A stretch of DNA of 62,891 nucleotides, filler included, from Sphacelaria rigidula (GCA_964200075.2; 10 parts of 10 records of this genome joined end to end with filler, not necessarily neighbours in it), one strand, 5' to 3'; positions 1 through 12,599 are shown, counted from the first letter of the whole stretch. The notes: generated by a model from the letters alone, not told the origin. Translations and numbers: made by a program.

Positions 1-50
1 CGTGTGTTACAGCGTCATCGCCAACCGACGCCAACCCCATCGGGGGTCCG

Positions 51-195
51 CCCCTACAAAGCCGGGACGGAGCACGCCGGGTTCTCGCCGGGCCAGGCTG
101 TTTTTTTTGGGGGGGGGGGTACTCATTTGTTGCTTGCCTCAGTCGTTTGACATGGGAAGGGTGTACTCATGATCATGCATGCCATAGTCATAGGG
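51..195 (+). repeat. Poly-G-headed dispersed repeat cluster (R1 3' part, R2, R1 5' part)
   Basis: CCCTACAAAGCCGGGACGGAGCACGCCGGG..CCAGGCT (51-99), G-run+GTACTCATTTGTTGCTTGCC (109-153), GGGTGTACTCATGATCATGCATGCCATAGTCATA (159-192); these motifs recur in most contigs. Confidence 0.9.
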
Positions 196-608
196 CAATT
201 GAACTCGCCTGACATGGAAAGGGAGTGGATAAATGTAGTGCCGGGAAAACAAACAAACAGGCGAATAAACAGTGAATCCCACCAACCCAATTGAGAATAT
301 TGTCTTCTCACCCAGGGTGTGTGGTGACCTGCCTTTAAACAAATAGCCCGACGAACCTTGAAGTTTTCGTCGACGGGCGCTCGTGTTGCTCATATTGTAT
401 CCTGTGCGGCCATTACGCTCTAGGACGGGCGTTCTCTCCGTAACTCGAGGTGGACACGGCTGATGTCGTCGCGATGGAGCACAATGTGGTCTCGTCCGCG
501 TCGACGCAGCAGATTTGGCGATCACGTCGGACCTCAACAGCTTTGAGCATTTATACTTCGCGCAGACATGAAATGCCCGTCTACTGTTTGTCTTGTCTTT
601 CACCCCTG

Positions 609-1734
609 TAGTGCGTGGGAGGACCGCGGGCTTTATGGATCGCGCAGAAATTCGAAAACCCCAGGACCGACGTGTCGGGAGGACGCGCGGACGTTGTCGA
701 TGTAGGGACCGCGCCCCGAGAAAACCTAGGCCGCGCCTATTTTTGGGGTAGCGGAGTCAGGTAAGGTGATTGGAGCGACAGGATGACAGCGCAGTGTGCC
801 TCGCATGGGAGGAGAGCGAGGATTTTAAAACTATAAAATTCAGGCACCCCTAACTCGCGTGGGAATCACTCTCGCATGTGGATTGTGGTCGGAAACAGTC
901 GGCACCAGTGTATTTGAGGGAGGCGTTGGCGCCTACGACGTTGTCATGACCGCATCGACGAACTGATGCTCGGTACTAACAGGTACCAGATGCCGAAACT
1001 TCTCCGTACCTACAGGTACTAGGTACCGAGACGACCCATCTGCTCGGTGCTTGCAGGTACTGAAATTTGCTTTGCATGCCGTCCATTTTGTCATTCAAGG
1101 CAGCTTCAAGGTCAACCCACAAGTCACTGCGATGTCATCTCCGCGGAGGAGAAAGCGCAAGGCTCGTGGTCCTTACTCGTGTGTTGACCTTGACGCTGCC
1201 TTGAATGACAAAGTGGACGGCATGCAAAGCGCATTTCAGTACCTGCAAGTACCGAGCAGATGGGTCGTATCGGTACCTGGTGCCTGTAAGTACGGAGCAG
1301 AAGGGGCGTTTCGGCATCTGGTACCTGTTCGTACCGAATAGGTGTGTCGTCTCGGCATCTTGTGCCTTCGAGTGCTGTGCATGGGTTCGTCGATGCGGCC
1401 ATGCCGACGTGGTAGGCGCCAGTGCCTCTCTGAAATACGCTGGTGCCAACTCTTTCCCATCACAATCTACATGCGAGAGTGACTCCCACGCGAGTTACGG
1501 GTGCCTGAACGTTAATAGTTTTGAAATCCTCGCTCCCCTCCCTTGGGAGGCACACTGAACCGTCGTCGTGTCGTTCCAGTCACCTCGCCTGGCTTCGCTA
1601 CCCCTGGCTCGATAAATACGCGACCCAGGTTTGCCCAGGGCGCGGTCCTTCCATTGACAACGTCCGCGCGTCTTCCCGACATGTCTGTTCGAATTCCGGT
1701 GCGGTCCAAAAGCACGCGATCCTCCCACGCATTA
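609..1734. mobile_element. Non-autonomous foldback/TIR element, almost entirely palindromic (~1.1 kb)
   Basis: Arm 609-~1124 is the reverse complement of ~1175-1734 (about 80-90% identity by eye), with a ~50-bp loop; termini TA(G/A)TGCGTGGGAGGA; flanked by near-perfect 8-bp direct repeat CACCCCTG (601-608) / CACTCCTG (1735-1742). Confidence 0.85.
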
Positions 1735-1764
1735 CACTCCTGACGGCCTCCTTGTTCACTTGGC

Positions 1765-2492
1765 ATTTGTCGGGGGAAGGTGCTTCGGATCCGTTGCCTT
1801 ACGACGGCCGTTTGCGTGAATCGTCAGGGACGAGTGTGTGTCTGTTATTAGTCGATATACTGGGCTGGCCTGCGCGTGCCCATCGTTCTGTTAGGACGGA
1901 AGCTATTGCCACTATTAGCAGAAGCGGCACTACTTTATGATTCTGCACGCAACTAGACCTTTTGAATCGGAGGTGTTAGTTGCAGACCTCGATGCGGCTA
2001 CCGCAGAAAATTCCAAAATGAGCCCCGAGCTAGAAACTCTGACTCCCCAGAGAACGCCATGCGCACGTGCTTCCCTTGCGCTGAAGTGTTCTCTACACCC
2101 ACGGTACTCGCCTTGCTTATGTGCGCCGAGAATTTCATCCGGGGCAATACACGCAAATTGTTCCCAAATTGGACGACCTGACACCCTGGTTGATCTTTCT
2201 CACCAAGCGATACCGCGGACTGCGGGTTCAGTCAACACTGAATTCGACGCGACTAGCGCAAATAATCCGTGCAGTCAAAAGCTTCGACCTTTCACCACCT
2301 CTGTTCTTTACGAGTCGAGAAAAACCTGCCGTCTCGACTGCGCCAATGTACTACCTATACCTACACTCCACCACCTTGTCCACTAGAATTCTCGCTCTTT
2401 CTCGCTTTATGTCTCTCATGACAATTCCTAGCGGCAGTGATAGGGGAAAACGTCCACACGTCGAAGAGCTCATGAGCTACCCAAGCAACTAA
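1765..2492 (+). pseudogene. Decayed protein-kinase domain relic (CAMK-like), probably continuing upstream of the foldback insertion (~411-600)
   Basis: Degenerate kinase-like motifs in the correct order across frameshifts: LSGEGASDPLPYDGRLRE (V), ILHATRPFESEVLVADLDAA (VIb-VII), QRTPCARA (VIII), KRPHVEELMSYP (XI); catalytic residues lost; recognised by eye only. Confidence 0.35.
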
Positions 2493-3142
2493 TAGAAGAT
2501 GACTCTCAGACCCGTTGCCCCAGAACAGAAACTGCGGAACAGTGGGGCCCGAGAAGCCAAAGAGCTCCCCTTGCGCTACTCCGGGTGCTGGGCGTCCAGC
2601 GCTGCGGGGAGCAAATATGGGAAAAGGCGGCAAATGAGCTAGCGTATGGTCCGGATCACTAAACTAATAAAAAGCAATACTCGAGTAGCTCATGAGCTGT
2701 CCTACGCGTCGAAATTTCGGGTACTCGACTGGGTAGAGGCCGCTTTGGACCCTGCTCTTGTTCGTGTACGAGTAGTCGTGTTCCTGTCATAGCCGCAAGG
2801 CATCCCGAGCCCTTCAAACTTGTCAGCAAAGAGTGTTCTGCACGTGCGCTCGACAGTTTCCACGATCCGCGCGAAAATGGAAACATCAGCAGCAACTCTA
2901 ACGCGACCACAGAATCAAAGTAGAAACAAAGATCAGATGTTTCCACCGCCGCCAGACACGACCCCCACACACTCTTAGAGTCAGTCACCCATGGTATAGC
3001 TATTCACGTTGAAGTGTGAGCGGCATGCTTTTCACGTCAGACCAACAATAGGCCACTTGCAAACGTCGCACACTAGAAGTCGAGCAGTGACTCTCTCTAG
3101 CCTGTGTGTGCCCTCTGCAATCACTGTACACGACAACCTCAG

Positions 3143-3314
3143 CCGCGACGAGCTAGCCAGATTACTCACAAGTCGGTCAGGCACCCTAGTCGATCTCGGG
3201 GGCGATGGGGGGCTTACGCCGCTGCATCTGGCCGCCCGTGGCGGCTGGGACAAATGCGTCTCGAACCTACTGGAAAATCAGGCTTCGCCATGCAGCCGAG
3301 ACAACAAGGGGCAG
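3143..3314 (+). CDS. Ankyrin-repeat exon
   Basis: GGLTPLHLAARGGWDKCVSNLLENQASPCSRDNKGQ matches the ankyrin consensus; ctcag acceptor at 3141-42 and cag|gtatgg donor after 3314. Confidence 0.75.
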
Positions 3315-3948
3315 GTATGGCATAATAGATTCAGCAAATACCCAACCTCAACACGCCGTATAGATACAGAAAAACATCCGACGTGTCGCCGTCCAAATGT
3401 GGAAGAAGCAACAGCCTGGTTCATATTTCACGCAGTCATTCTTGCGGGCATGCTCCGCCCCGCCCTCGTAACCCCTCAGAAGTCATCTGCGCCGAAATGT
3501 TTGTGTGAAAAACATTAGTGGAATCTGACTTTCTAGGAGTCTCATTAGTACGATAAAATCGATAGTCTGGTCGACGCATTTGATATTCAACTATACTGGC
3601 ACACCGCAAGCACATCACGACGCGCTCCTCAGATCAACAAGCATCACTCAGGTTGTTTTTGTGTTGCAGCCCCCAGCCGATGCCGAGGTGAGGCAACGAA
3701 AAGAAATACATTCCCCGTGACCGGGCCCCAAAACACCCGTAACACCACACTGGTTGTCCATATTTTACCGTAAGAAACTTCGTCTCAAACGCTTCCCATG
3801 CCCGATGACTGAGATCACGATTTTGCGTGACGATTAATTTTGTGAAAATAGTTCAATACTCATCGGCGTGTCCCCCACCCTTACATGACCTTCGCGTGTT
3901 CTGCGTGCAAACTCTCGCACAACAACGTGGAATTGTGAATCAATCGAG

Positions 3949-4216
3949 GTTCCGTCTGTAGCAGCTATGCTGCGAGGCCATGAGGGGGTTGCCAAAAAAC
4001 TCCTGCGACATTTCGCCTTGGCCGACGTCGCTGCTCGGACACGGCCCACGATCCAATCTTTGGCTTCTGTAGCTCTCGCAGCTGGCACCGGCGGCGGCAC
4101 CCCCGCAGATTCCACTACGGGGGCACTCTCTGACACGTCCGCACCTTCCAACATGGATCCCAGCCGCAACAACCCGAACCACCCTGCGGTGGTGGTGGCT
4201 GCGGCAGCAGCGACAG
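3949..4216 (+). CDS. Second ankyrin-repeat exon plus low-complexity tail
   Basis: Phase-0 join gives DNKGQ|VPSVAAMLRGHEGVAKKLL (ankyrin); gag acceptor 3946-48, cag|gtaggt donor after 4216. Confidence 0.55.
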
Positions 4217-4309
4217 GTAGGTATATCGGGGGTCACATAGTTGTAGCAAACCTAGGCCTTTTTCTAGCGAGGCTAGTGCTGGCGGCCCCATATGTTGGGC
4301 CGGGTTAGT

Positions 4310-5000
4310 TTTGGCTTGTCTGCCGAACGTGACGCGGGTCTATTTATACGCATGATACGCTGTGGGGAATAAATGATGGTGCATGTTGGTCGGAATGTAT
4401 AGGTTCATTCGTAGAAGAGAACGTACACTTTCGCTTGAGGCGGTACCGGTGTGAGCAGAGCGATCTAACAACAACATAGGGGGACAACGCTGTATCGGCT
4501 AACAAACACGACATGACTACGAGTAGAGTGGCTCATTATTTCGAGCAAAAGCGTGGACGCCAAAGGTGGCCTTTCCGCGTGAGCTATTACTCCATGAAAC
4601 AGACATGAAGGCTTGAGCGAGAGAGAGACATTCGCACAAGTGCACGTCGATGCCTTGCTGGGCAATCCACCACATCAACAAGCCTCGCAGTCGCAAACAA
4701 CGCATCGCTTCTGATTCGTTTCGACGGTCGGGGCGGGGAGAAACGTTTCCGTAGTCAGTACCTTTGATGCACTGTTCGTTTCCCACTCTCCTCGAGGGGG
4801 TAAGCGATGGATCTGTAGATATTTGCTGCTTGGCGGAATCGTTGAAGCGGGGACGATACTCTAGGATTCCGTCATAGTGCTCTAAAGATCTCGTCCTCTT
4901 TTTAACCTCGTGGTACTACCAGTGGTACCCATATTGTCGCCGCGATGCGAGGGCGCCAATATCTTTGAAGAAGAATCGTTCTTATTCCGCCATCGGCACC
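4310..5000 (+). pseudogene. Second decayed protein-kinase relic (NEK-like C-lobe)
   Basis: LAESLKRGRYSRIPS*CSKDLVLFL resembles kinase subdomain X (I..G.Y..IP..YS.DL); upstream LPNVTRV, LIISSKSVDAKGGLS and LLGNPPH fit the expected subdomain order; many stops. Confidence 0.3.
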
Positions 5001-6200
5001 GTAAAACCAGATGGGTAGTCCTACCGACAGTGACCCGGGAAACCTGCTGTAGCTCTCACTCCCCGCCTACGATGTCATACCATCACATAGCACCACATGG
5101 CCAAGGGAAAAGACTCGGCTTTACAAAACGTTTTACGGCCAAGGGGACGCTAGAGCATGACCCGAGAAGAGCGGTTGTATGAATTTGCTCAATTTTTATA
5201 CCTCTCCCCTCCTCTCCCTCCTCCCTGCACCGTTGCACGACTATTCCGTCATTTTTCTTCTCAAAATAATCGCTTCGTTCGGTCCTCGTGGGAGTAGACG
5301 CTACCGGCGATGTTAGTCTTGTTGGAGGCGAAACCGAGGCACCTAGCGTTGCGTCAGTGACTTCAGTAGGTTTGACGCAAGAAGAATGGAAGGGCGCGGC
5401 AGAGCAGACCGAGTTGGGGCCGGGGTTGGGAGCCGACGGGGAGGGAGGTGCGACACCTTGTGTTGTTGGTGGCGGTGAATTGCAGCCACCGGATCTGATT
5501 CGAAGGTCGTCGTCAAATATCTCGAAGATGTCTAGCCGTGCCTCGGACGCCGGGCTCACGGTGAGGCGATCGTAGCGTATAGTTATGGTGTGTTCTCCGT
5601 TGTTGGACAGATTAGAAGGTTCACGGGGTACAAAAAAAATGTGTTCCCCTCAAGGTCCTTTGGCTCAGACATGTGTGATGGGAAGGAAAACATATCGATT
5701 CAGTGACGATGTAGGTTCAATTGCAGGTTAGTAACTAGCTGAACGACCAGGTAAGTCTAAGTTTATATGCATTGCCCTAACAAATTAGGCTGAGACATAC
5801 ATGTTGGGAGTTTGTGTGATGATACTGTAGGCCTAGCAGCAAAACAACGTGGTTAAACCCTCTTCTGCAAGCATGCTACATTTCCAGGTCACAAATAGAG
5901 TAAGGACTCCCCGTAGTATGCACTCTTCATTACCGATGTCCGAGCACTGACTACTTCGAGAATAGTTGCGAGGCTTGATCCTACAAACGAAACATTGCAG
6001 TGTCCTAATAGGCAGGTGCTGAAAGTATACGCCGATTAATCGTGTCGTCAATAAAATTCGGAAGAATGCGGGGACACAACCAAGATGAATCAAGTCGCTC
6101 ACACCACATGCCCAGTGCTTTCAAATTACTGCAATCCCTCTGCTCGTGTTAGACACCCATGACGCAGTGCAAAAGCCATGGCTGTCTCTGGAAGTGGCGA

Positions 6201-6300
6201 NNNNNNNNNNNNNNNNNNNNNNNNNNNNNNNNNNNNNNNNNNNNTTAATTAATTAANNNNNNNNNNNNNNNNNNNNNNNNNNNNNNNNNNNNNNNNNNNN
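6201..6300. other. Artificial contig spacer N44-TTAATTAATTAA-N44
   Basis: 100-bp N-padded linker with stop codons in all six frames; identical at 9 positions. Confidence 0.99.
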
Positions 6301-6363
6301 CCCCCTTCTTTCTTCCCCCCCCGCCGCCCTTCCCCTCCCCCCCCCCCCCCCCCCCCCCCCAAG

Positions 6364-7900
6364 CTCCGGTGTCAAGTATCACCATCCCTGGTTGCCGGTG
6401 GGTAAGTGCTCTTGTGACGATGCCAAACGATTGCTTGCATCCACAACCGTCGGAAGTCCATGGTTTCCTGAACACTACCGAGTTCGGGCCCTCCGTCTGC
6501 AGCATCAGCTTGAACCATTTTGTCCGTCTTCGGACCAGCCTTCGTGCTAAGTCTGACCTCCTCAAGGCTATTATTTTCCAGGGGAATTTTCCCCATGCAT
6601 TCCTAATTCCGCTCAGATTCCTCCTCCGCTGGGGTGGCATTTGCCGTGGCGGCGGAAGAGCGAGATGGGCCGTCCACCGGGCGATGGTGTCCGCTGTCCT
6701 TGCGTACGAGATCCATCAATCGGAATCTCTCCCACGTTCATGGGTATCAAAGCAGGCATGTCCAGGGATCTTCACAGGTTTCACCTCCTTGTTTTCCCAC
6801 TTACAAGGCCCAAAGGGGATATTGGTGTCGTCGTATGTAGTCGCCCTCCCGATGTCTAGAACACGTGCGCCCACGGGCGTGATTGTTAAACATGCCCGAC
6901 ATGCGGATGTCAGTGCTTTGGACGTCTAGAGGGGAATCCTTCGCCGGCAACCGCTTCTCCCGCGTGGGTCCTTCCTCCTGCCCAAGATCAAACCGCACCC
7001 GGGGCGGCCGATCGGATCTCTTGGCTTCCTTCCGCTTACCCCACGAACATTGTTCCTTTACCACGTGTCGAGATATTTTGATTGTTGAAGACCGCGATCG
7101 TCCCCGCGGCGACCACCGTCTGCTCATTCTCGGAGTCCCCTTTCCCACTGGTATCCTAGTCGTTATGCGCTGTCGCCAATGCACGACGTTTGATCTTTCC
7201 TAGATTGAACAAACCAGGGGCCCCCGCTGGTCTCTTTGACAAGCGGGCCTTGAAACCTTGCATTGAAGTAGCTCTTGTCTTGCCCTTCTTACTCCTGCTC
7301 CCTGATGCCTTCTGGAATATCATTTTGTGGTTGCAGGGCCGCCTTGTGATTGCCGAACACCTTGCAGGCGGCACGCCCTCGTTTCTGCATGCTCGACCCC
7401 TTAGAGTCGCTCAAGTCGATGGGAATCTGGCGCACCTCCTCCTCCATAGCTCGAATGGGAGTTTTAACCACAGGGGTCGTCGCAAATTGACCCACCACTT
7501 CCTTCATGACCGACCTGTGCGACACGGCGCACACCTGCGTCATGCATTTCTCCGAGACGGACACCACTAGCGGCACTTGAAGGGTGCGTTGTGCAATGCC
7601 CACTGATGTATTCTTGGCTAGATCGGGACAGGTGCACGCGCGTCCCCATCGGTTGACAGAGCTGCGGCGGGACCAAATCTTGAGGTTAATGACGTCCACC
7701 ACTGTAACATACACCGCTATGGCCACGAACGGGGACATGCTAGCAACGGTTCCTCCGGTGCAAGGGGGCGAATTCCTCGTTCCTTACGCAGATGTCACCT
7801 GTTTAGAATGGATGAGGACACTCATCAACGAAAAAGCGCGGTTGGGTAATCATCATGCTAAAATGCGGCTTCAGAAGGCATAACCTTGCTCAAGAACGAG
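6364..7900 (-). mobile_element. Degenerate LTR-retrotransposon gag/aspartic protease fragment
   Basis: Minus-strand ORF ends in QPGMVILDTGA (retropepsin D-T-G motif) just before the contig edge; fragmented GC-rich coding-like sequence upstream. Confidence 0.35.
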
Positions 7901-8481
7901 AGCTATATGGCAGCCGTACACTGGTTGGCGAATCGTAATTATCCGATGTAAACAGTACATGTGATGGTGTCATACAACAACCATCCCTGAAACCTTGAGT
8001 TAGCTCCTCAGGCACCACCCGACGCAGCGCTTGCTGTTGTGCCGTATAACATCAGACGTTGCACGTGAATCATGTGTGTAGTTTTGACACCTACTAATCC
8101 ACGACATTAACGTCTGTATCAACTGGTTCCTTGCTGTGTCCGATATTCATGGTATCGACCATATCAGGTACGGTTCGTGAACACGAAGCTGTCAACCAAT
8201 ACGCCCGAGACAGTTCCCAACCTTTGTGATATCGGCAGTTTTTCGAGCGGGAGCAGTAACTATGTTCAATTTCCTCTTCCACAAAGACAGTCTGCCCGCG
8301 TGCGACCCCGGGTTGTTGTTGGATGATCACCTACGGCCGACCTATGTTGTCTGCTGGCGTCCAAAAATGTCAGCTAGATCTGGAATAAGACTAAGTAAGT
8401 TGTGGCTGAGCATACTCTTGTTTCACATTGCAGTACCGCGCTCAGTGCGAACACACAGTACGGTACAAAAGTACCGCAGGC

Positions 8482-9292
8482 ACCGTAGGTAAGGTAGGTG
8501 TCCGGTACCGGTATTTGGGACATCTCATACCCTACCGATGCCGGTCTAATCGGGTATTTTCGAATGTCATACCTACGATACCCACGATACCACGGTATTT
8601 CGAGATGTCGATACCTACGGTACCCGCTCGATCGGGTAGTTTCAAAACTCATACCTACGATACCCATGCATACCACGGTATTTCGAGATTTCAATACCCA
8701 CCGTACCCGCCCAATCGGGTATTTTCAAATGCCACACCTACGATACCTACGATAACACGGTATTTCGATATTTCAATACCTACCTTCCCCACTCCATCAG
8801 GTATTTCCAAAACTCATATCTACGATACCCACGGTACCACGGTATTTCGAGATTTCAATACTTGCCGCCGGGCCCCAGTGGTGTAATGGTCCGACTGTTG
8901 CCATTAGGGTGGAGAGAACGAGGGTTCGGTTCCTGCTGCGTTGGGTTTTTTCTTCGTGGTATCTGATTTCCACCTTGGAAAGCGTGAGAACATGAGTAAA
9001 CAAAGTAGTTGACTGAGTTTACTTGACGTGAGTTGACGCGGTGCGGGAGTAGTGCTGATGGTCATGATCCAATCCGCGAGACCAAAATGCAAGGCATGTA
9101 CCAGGGAGAAATGCGTTGATCCCTTGAGATCACGGACTCATCCCGAGGAAGGAGGGTTCAAAGTGGGACGAAAAATAAACAAACCACCGGACCCGCTCAA
9201 TCGGGGATTTTCAAAACTCATACCTACGATACCCACGTATACCATGGTACGGGATACTCCGGTAAATACCCGGGGTAAACCTGGTTAATACC
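8482..9292 (+). mobile_element. TIR-type element built on an internal ~82-bp tandem repeat, copy 1 (interrupted by a SINE)
   Basis: Units AATCGGGTATTTTC..ATACCTACGATACC..CACGGTATTTCGAGAT start near 8548, 8630, 8713, 8795 and resume near 9184; 5' end ACCGTAGGTAAGGTA. Confidence 0.75.
8864..9183 (+). mobile_element. tRNA-derived SINE (~320 bp)
   Basis: Pol III A box TGGTGTAATGG (8879-89), B box GGTTCGGTTCC (8923-33), A-rich tail; homologous along its length to 18225-18527. Confidence 0.8.
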
Positions 9293-9544
9293 GGACGCGA
9301 TGCACTCCCCACGGTGCAGCAGCTGGTCCCAACTCATGCCATGGCCACAAGTTGTCGGAGCAGGTACGTCTTGTTTTCAAAAGTTGTATATACCCTGATT
9401 CTCCCTGATTTTCGTGTTTGGATCAATTTCTAATGAAATGATTATTATGTCATCTGATGTTCTTGGTAAATTGATAGGAATATTATATCATCGTTACGGT
9501 GCTACACATTGTTTCATCATTCATGTCGAAGATGAGCATCATAC

Positions 9545-9749
9545 CAAGGGTAGGTCGAGTAGAGTGTACTCAATTACGGGATATTTTGAAAGTAGTACTT
9601 AAAGTACACAAATTGGGGGTAGGGTTTCAGGGATCGCTTTCCAGTTATATTATGGGTATAACTCCCAACACTCTACCCTAATTTGAGTACCCCAAGTACG
9701 TCTTTCAAAATATACCGCAATTGAGTATACTCTACTCGACCTGCCCTTG
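9545..9749. mobile_element. hAT-type MITE (205 bp)
   Basis: ~75-bp imperfect TIRs CAAGGGTAGGTCGAGTAGAG / CTCTACTCGACCTGCCCTTG; perfect 8-bp TSD CATCATAC (9537-44 and 9750-57). Confidence 0.9.
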
Positions 9750-9928
9750 CATCATACACAATGATATTCCACGTACAAACAAGCAGAGAGAAAAAAAAAC
9801 AGAAGGGGGGAAAGGCAACAACAAAAAGTGAGGGGCCCACCTTGGGAACATGAAAAATTTGACTGCTCAAATTGCACAGGGATCTGAAACGCTTCTCCGC
9901 ACTGCCGGATGACAGTTTTGATATCGGT

Positions 9929-10439
9929 GTAGAGGGTAAGGCAGGTACCCGTTGTTGGCATTTGGGACATCTTATACCCTACCGATACCGACCCAATCGG
10001 GTATTTTCAAACGCCATACCTGCGATACCTACGATACTACGGTATTTCGAGATACCAGTACCTATCGTACCTGCCCAATTGGGTATTTTCAAATGTCAAA
10101 CCTACGACATCCATGCATACCACGGTATCACGAGATACCGGTACCTACCGTACGCGCTTAATCAGGTATTTTCAAAACTCATACCTACGATACCTACGAT
10201 ACCGCGGTATTTTGGAATTTAAAAAATTCGACTGAACGGTCGACGAGGGAAGGGGACTGCTAAACCCCTCTCGCGATGAAAAATAGAAGCAAGCACCACA
10301 GAAGCAAGGTGGGGTACTAATAAAATAAAATAAAATAAAATAAAAAGCTCCTGTGTTGACCTTCCTCCTGTGTGACCCCGGCTGGTGCGCCCACATATAC
10401 CGAAAGGTGTAGACCGGCGCCCAGAATAGATGGGACGAC

Positions 10440-10483
<44 letters not shown>

Positions 10484-10607
10484 ACCTACCGTACCTGCTC
10501 AATCAGTTGTTTTCAAAGTTCACACCTACGATACCCACGCATGCCACGATATGGGATACCCCGGTAAATACCGGGGGTACGCTTGGGTACGGTACCTTAC
10601 CTACGGT
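9929..10607 (+). mobile_element. 82-bp-repeat TIR element, copy 2 (interrupted by a tailed insertion)
   Basis: Same leader and ~82-bp units as 8482-9292; ends TACCTTACCTACGGT (10593-10607), the exact reverse complement of 8482-8496. Confidence 0.75.
10221..10480 (+). mobile_element. Retroposed insertion(s) with (TAAAA)n and (AC)n tails
   Basis: Splits an 82-bp unit (GGAATTT|...|AATACC); (TAAAA)n near 10318-10345 and (AC)~20 at 10441-10480. Confidence 0.55.
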
Positions 10608-12499
10608 TCGCGTGAAAAGTACCGTGATACTGCGTAGCCTCAGTGTCCCATCTTAGTACCGGTGATCAGTGTGGACACACAGTCCGGTGAAGGAGAACTG
10701 CATTATTGCACATGTACAGTTTTGCATCGCATGTACTCGCGATCAATGCGGGAACAGAGTACGGTACGAAACTGCTGCAGTATCCCACATCTGCAGTTTC
10801 ACATCACATCACCTTGGTCGATGCGAACACACGGTGCGGTAAAAGAGCACTGTAGTACTGCACAGCTGCTTCAACATCCGGCATCACAGGTTTTTTCTTT
10901 ACTGTCACAAAGGGCGGATGCTGAGAACTACCGGTAGCGAAACCGTTTCGCTCTGTGAAGCATACAATTATGCATGTTCGATTCGCTGCGTTCACTCTCC
11001 AGAAGTTTCGAGGAAAATCTCTGACACCGACGTACTTGACTGCGTATATACTAAGGAGAGCACTCGGTGTACAGTAGTGGTACTGTATAAGGTGTACTGT
11101 GTATACGAGTGTCGCTTCTTCTCCGGGGATCTGAGAGAACTTCTGAAACCAATACTTCCAAGTAGAATAGGTCACGTGCTGCAGATCGTATCACCCCATC
11201 AATGGGGTCAGGGATGCTAAAGTTCGGGTCATTAGAAACATGAGGTACAGAGGATGCGGATAGTAAAAGAAGAAAAGAAACGCTGTATATTTCGTGCAGT
11301 TGTTTGAGTACAAATCTTCCCATCCTCGGACTTTTTTTCTGGGTATTTTTTCTAAATTTCTTAATTTTTTTCAAAGTTACCCCCCAAAATGGGAATTTGA
11401 CATCTTCGTACGCCAAGCCCTCTGCACTTTCCTCCCCTTTCTTTCTTCAACTCTCTTTTGCCCCTCTAATAGGGGCGACATGCGGCCAGTTCGTGGTCGA
11501 TTGATTTACTTCAGCCCGTTTGATCCCCTGTAGGATGCACGCAGGAAACCAAAATGAAATCAACCCTAAAAATCCGAATATTTCGAAGCGATGAAGACAT
11601 CAAGCGTTCGTCACGGCTAAGGGCCTGTGTAAACGTAAACTAGTTTACTTATGGGGCTGAGGAAATATACGTGATATATCTCACCTGTCAAGACTTGAGT
11701 TTGCACCCTCACTATTCAGACAGGGATAAACGTTCCGGGGAAAGCAGCACAGCTCAAGTCCAGCACAGCAGGGTTAGCCAGTTTTTATCACAATGATCTC
11801 GGTTCATCGCACAAGTTTCGTTTAAATTGTTGATGCTTTTCACAGCGATGCAGGCGAATCAAGTCCTTTCCTTCGAAAGGATGGTATTGAGCAAACACCA
11901 GGAGTTGACGGTGCTGCCCAGCTCTGGGCAGAACCAAATCTTGGGGGAACGTTCCCCAAGGACCGTTCCGAACCACTTCTGAGGCAGGTTCTCGACCGTT
12001 CGCAAGAAGGTTTAGAACTTCCTCCGCTCCTCCACGGACGACTTGTAGTCACGGCTCGTACGCCCATCCGAGCACAGTAGCTGAACGGTATTCATATCCC
12101 AGTCTTGATCTTTCCCAGCAATGGACTGCGCCCATTACACCACCTGTGAGGTATGTAGACACCTCACGTGCGTGACAGACCGCGCCGCACCGCTGTATTT
12201 ATTTGCCATGCAGGACACGAGCAACATATTGACCCGACGGGCGATAGCATTGTAATGGTACGATTTAGCAGTACGGCACGAGCCGGGAAAACTAAACGCA
12301 ATTATTGACGACCTCTCCCGACTACTCCGATTCGAATAGAGGCAACAATGCACCCGGAACTTTAGTAGCACCCTTCTGCGGTAACCTGCCACGCAATCCT
12401 GAACTACATGTAGCGCAGGCGCATAGCACACGTCGGACGGATCAGGTCGTGACAGATCCGGGTCAGCTCATTTGGGGCATAAATCATGATCTGTACGAG

Positions 12500-12599
12500 N
12501 NNNNNNNNNNNNNNNNNNNNNNNNNNNNNNNNNNNNNNNNNNNTTAATTAATTAANNNNNNNNNNNNNNNNNNNNNNNNNNNNNNNNNNNNNNNNNNNN
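12500..12599. other. Artificial contig spacer
   Basis: Same 100-bp linker. Confidence 0.99.

Noticed and set aside
4803..4990. Bromodomain (ankyrin plus bromo protein)
   Set aside because: The resemblance is limited to one helix; the IP..S.DL pattern fits kinase subdomain X better, and it contains a stop
5288..5575. Terminal exon of the ankyrin gene
   Set aside because: Coding-like composition, but no clear acceptor or homology links it to the ankyrin exons
8870..8940. Functional tRNA gene (also 18228-18295)
   Set aside because: No convincing cloverleaf or acceptor stem, and it is attached to a shared 250-bp body, so it is a SINE head
8548..10560. CRISPR-like array
   Set aside because: Units are contiguous tandem repeats with no unique spacers; no cas genes; eukaryotic context
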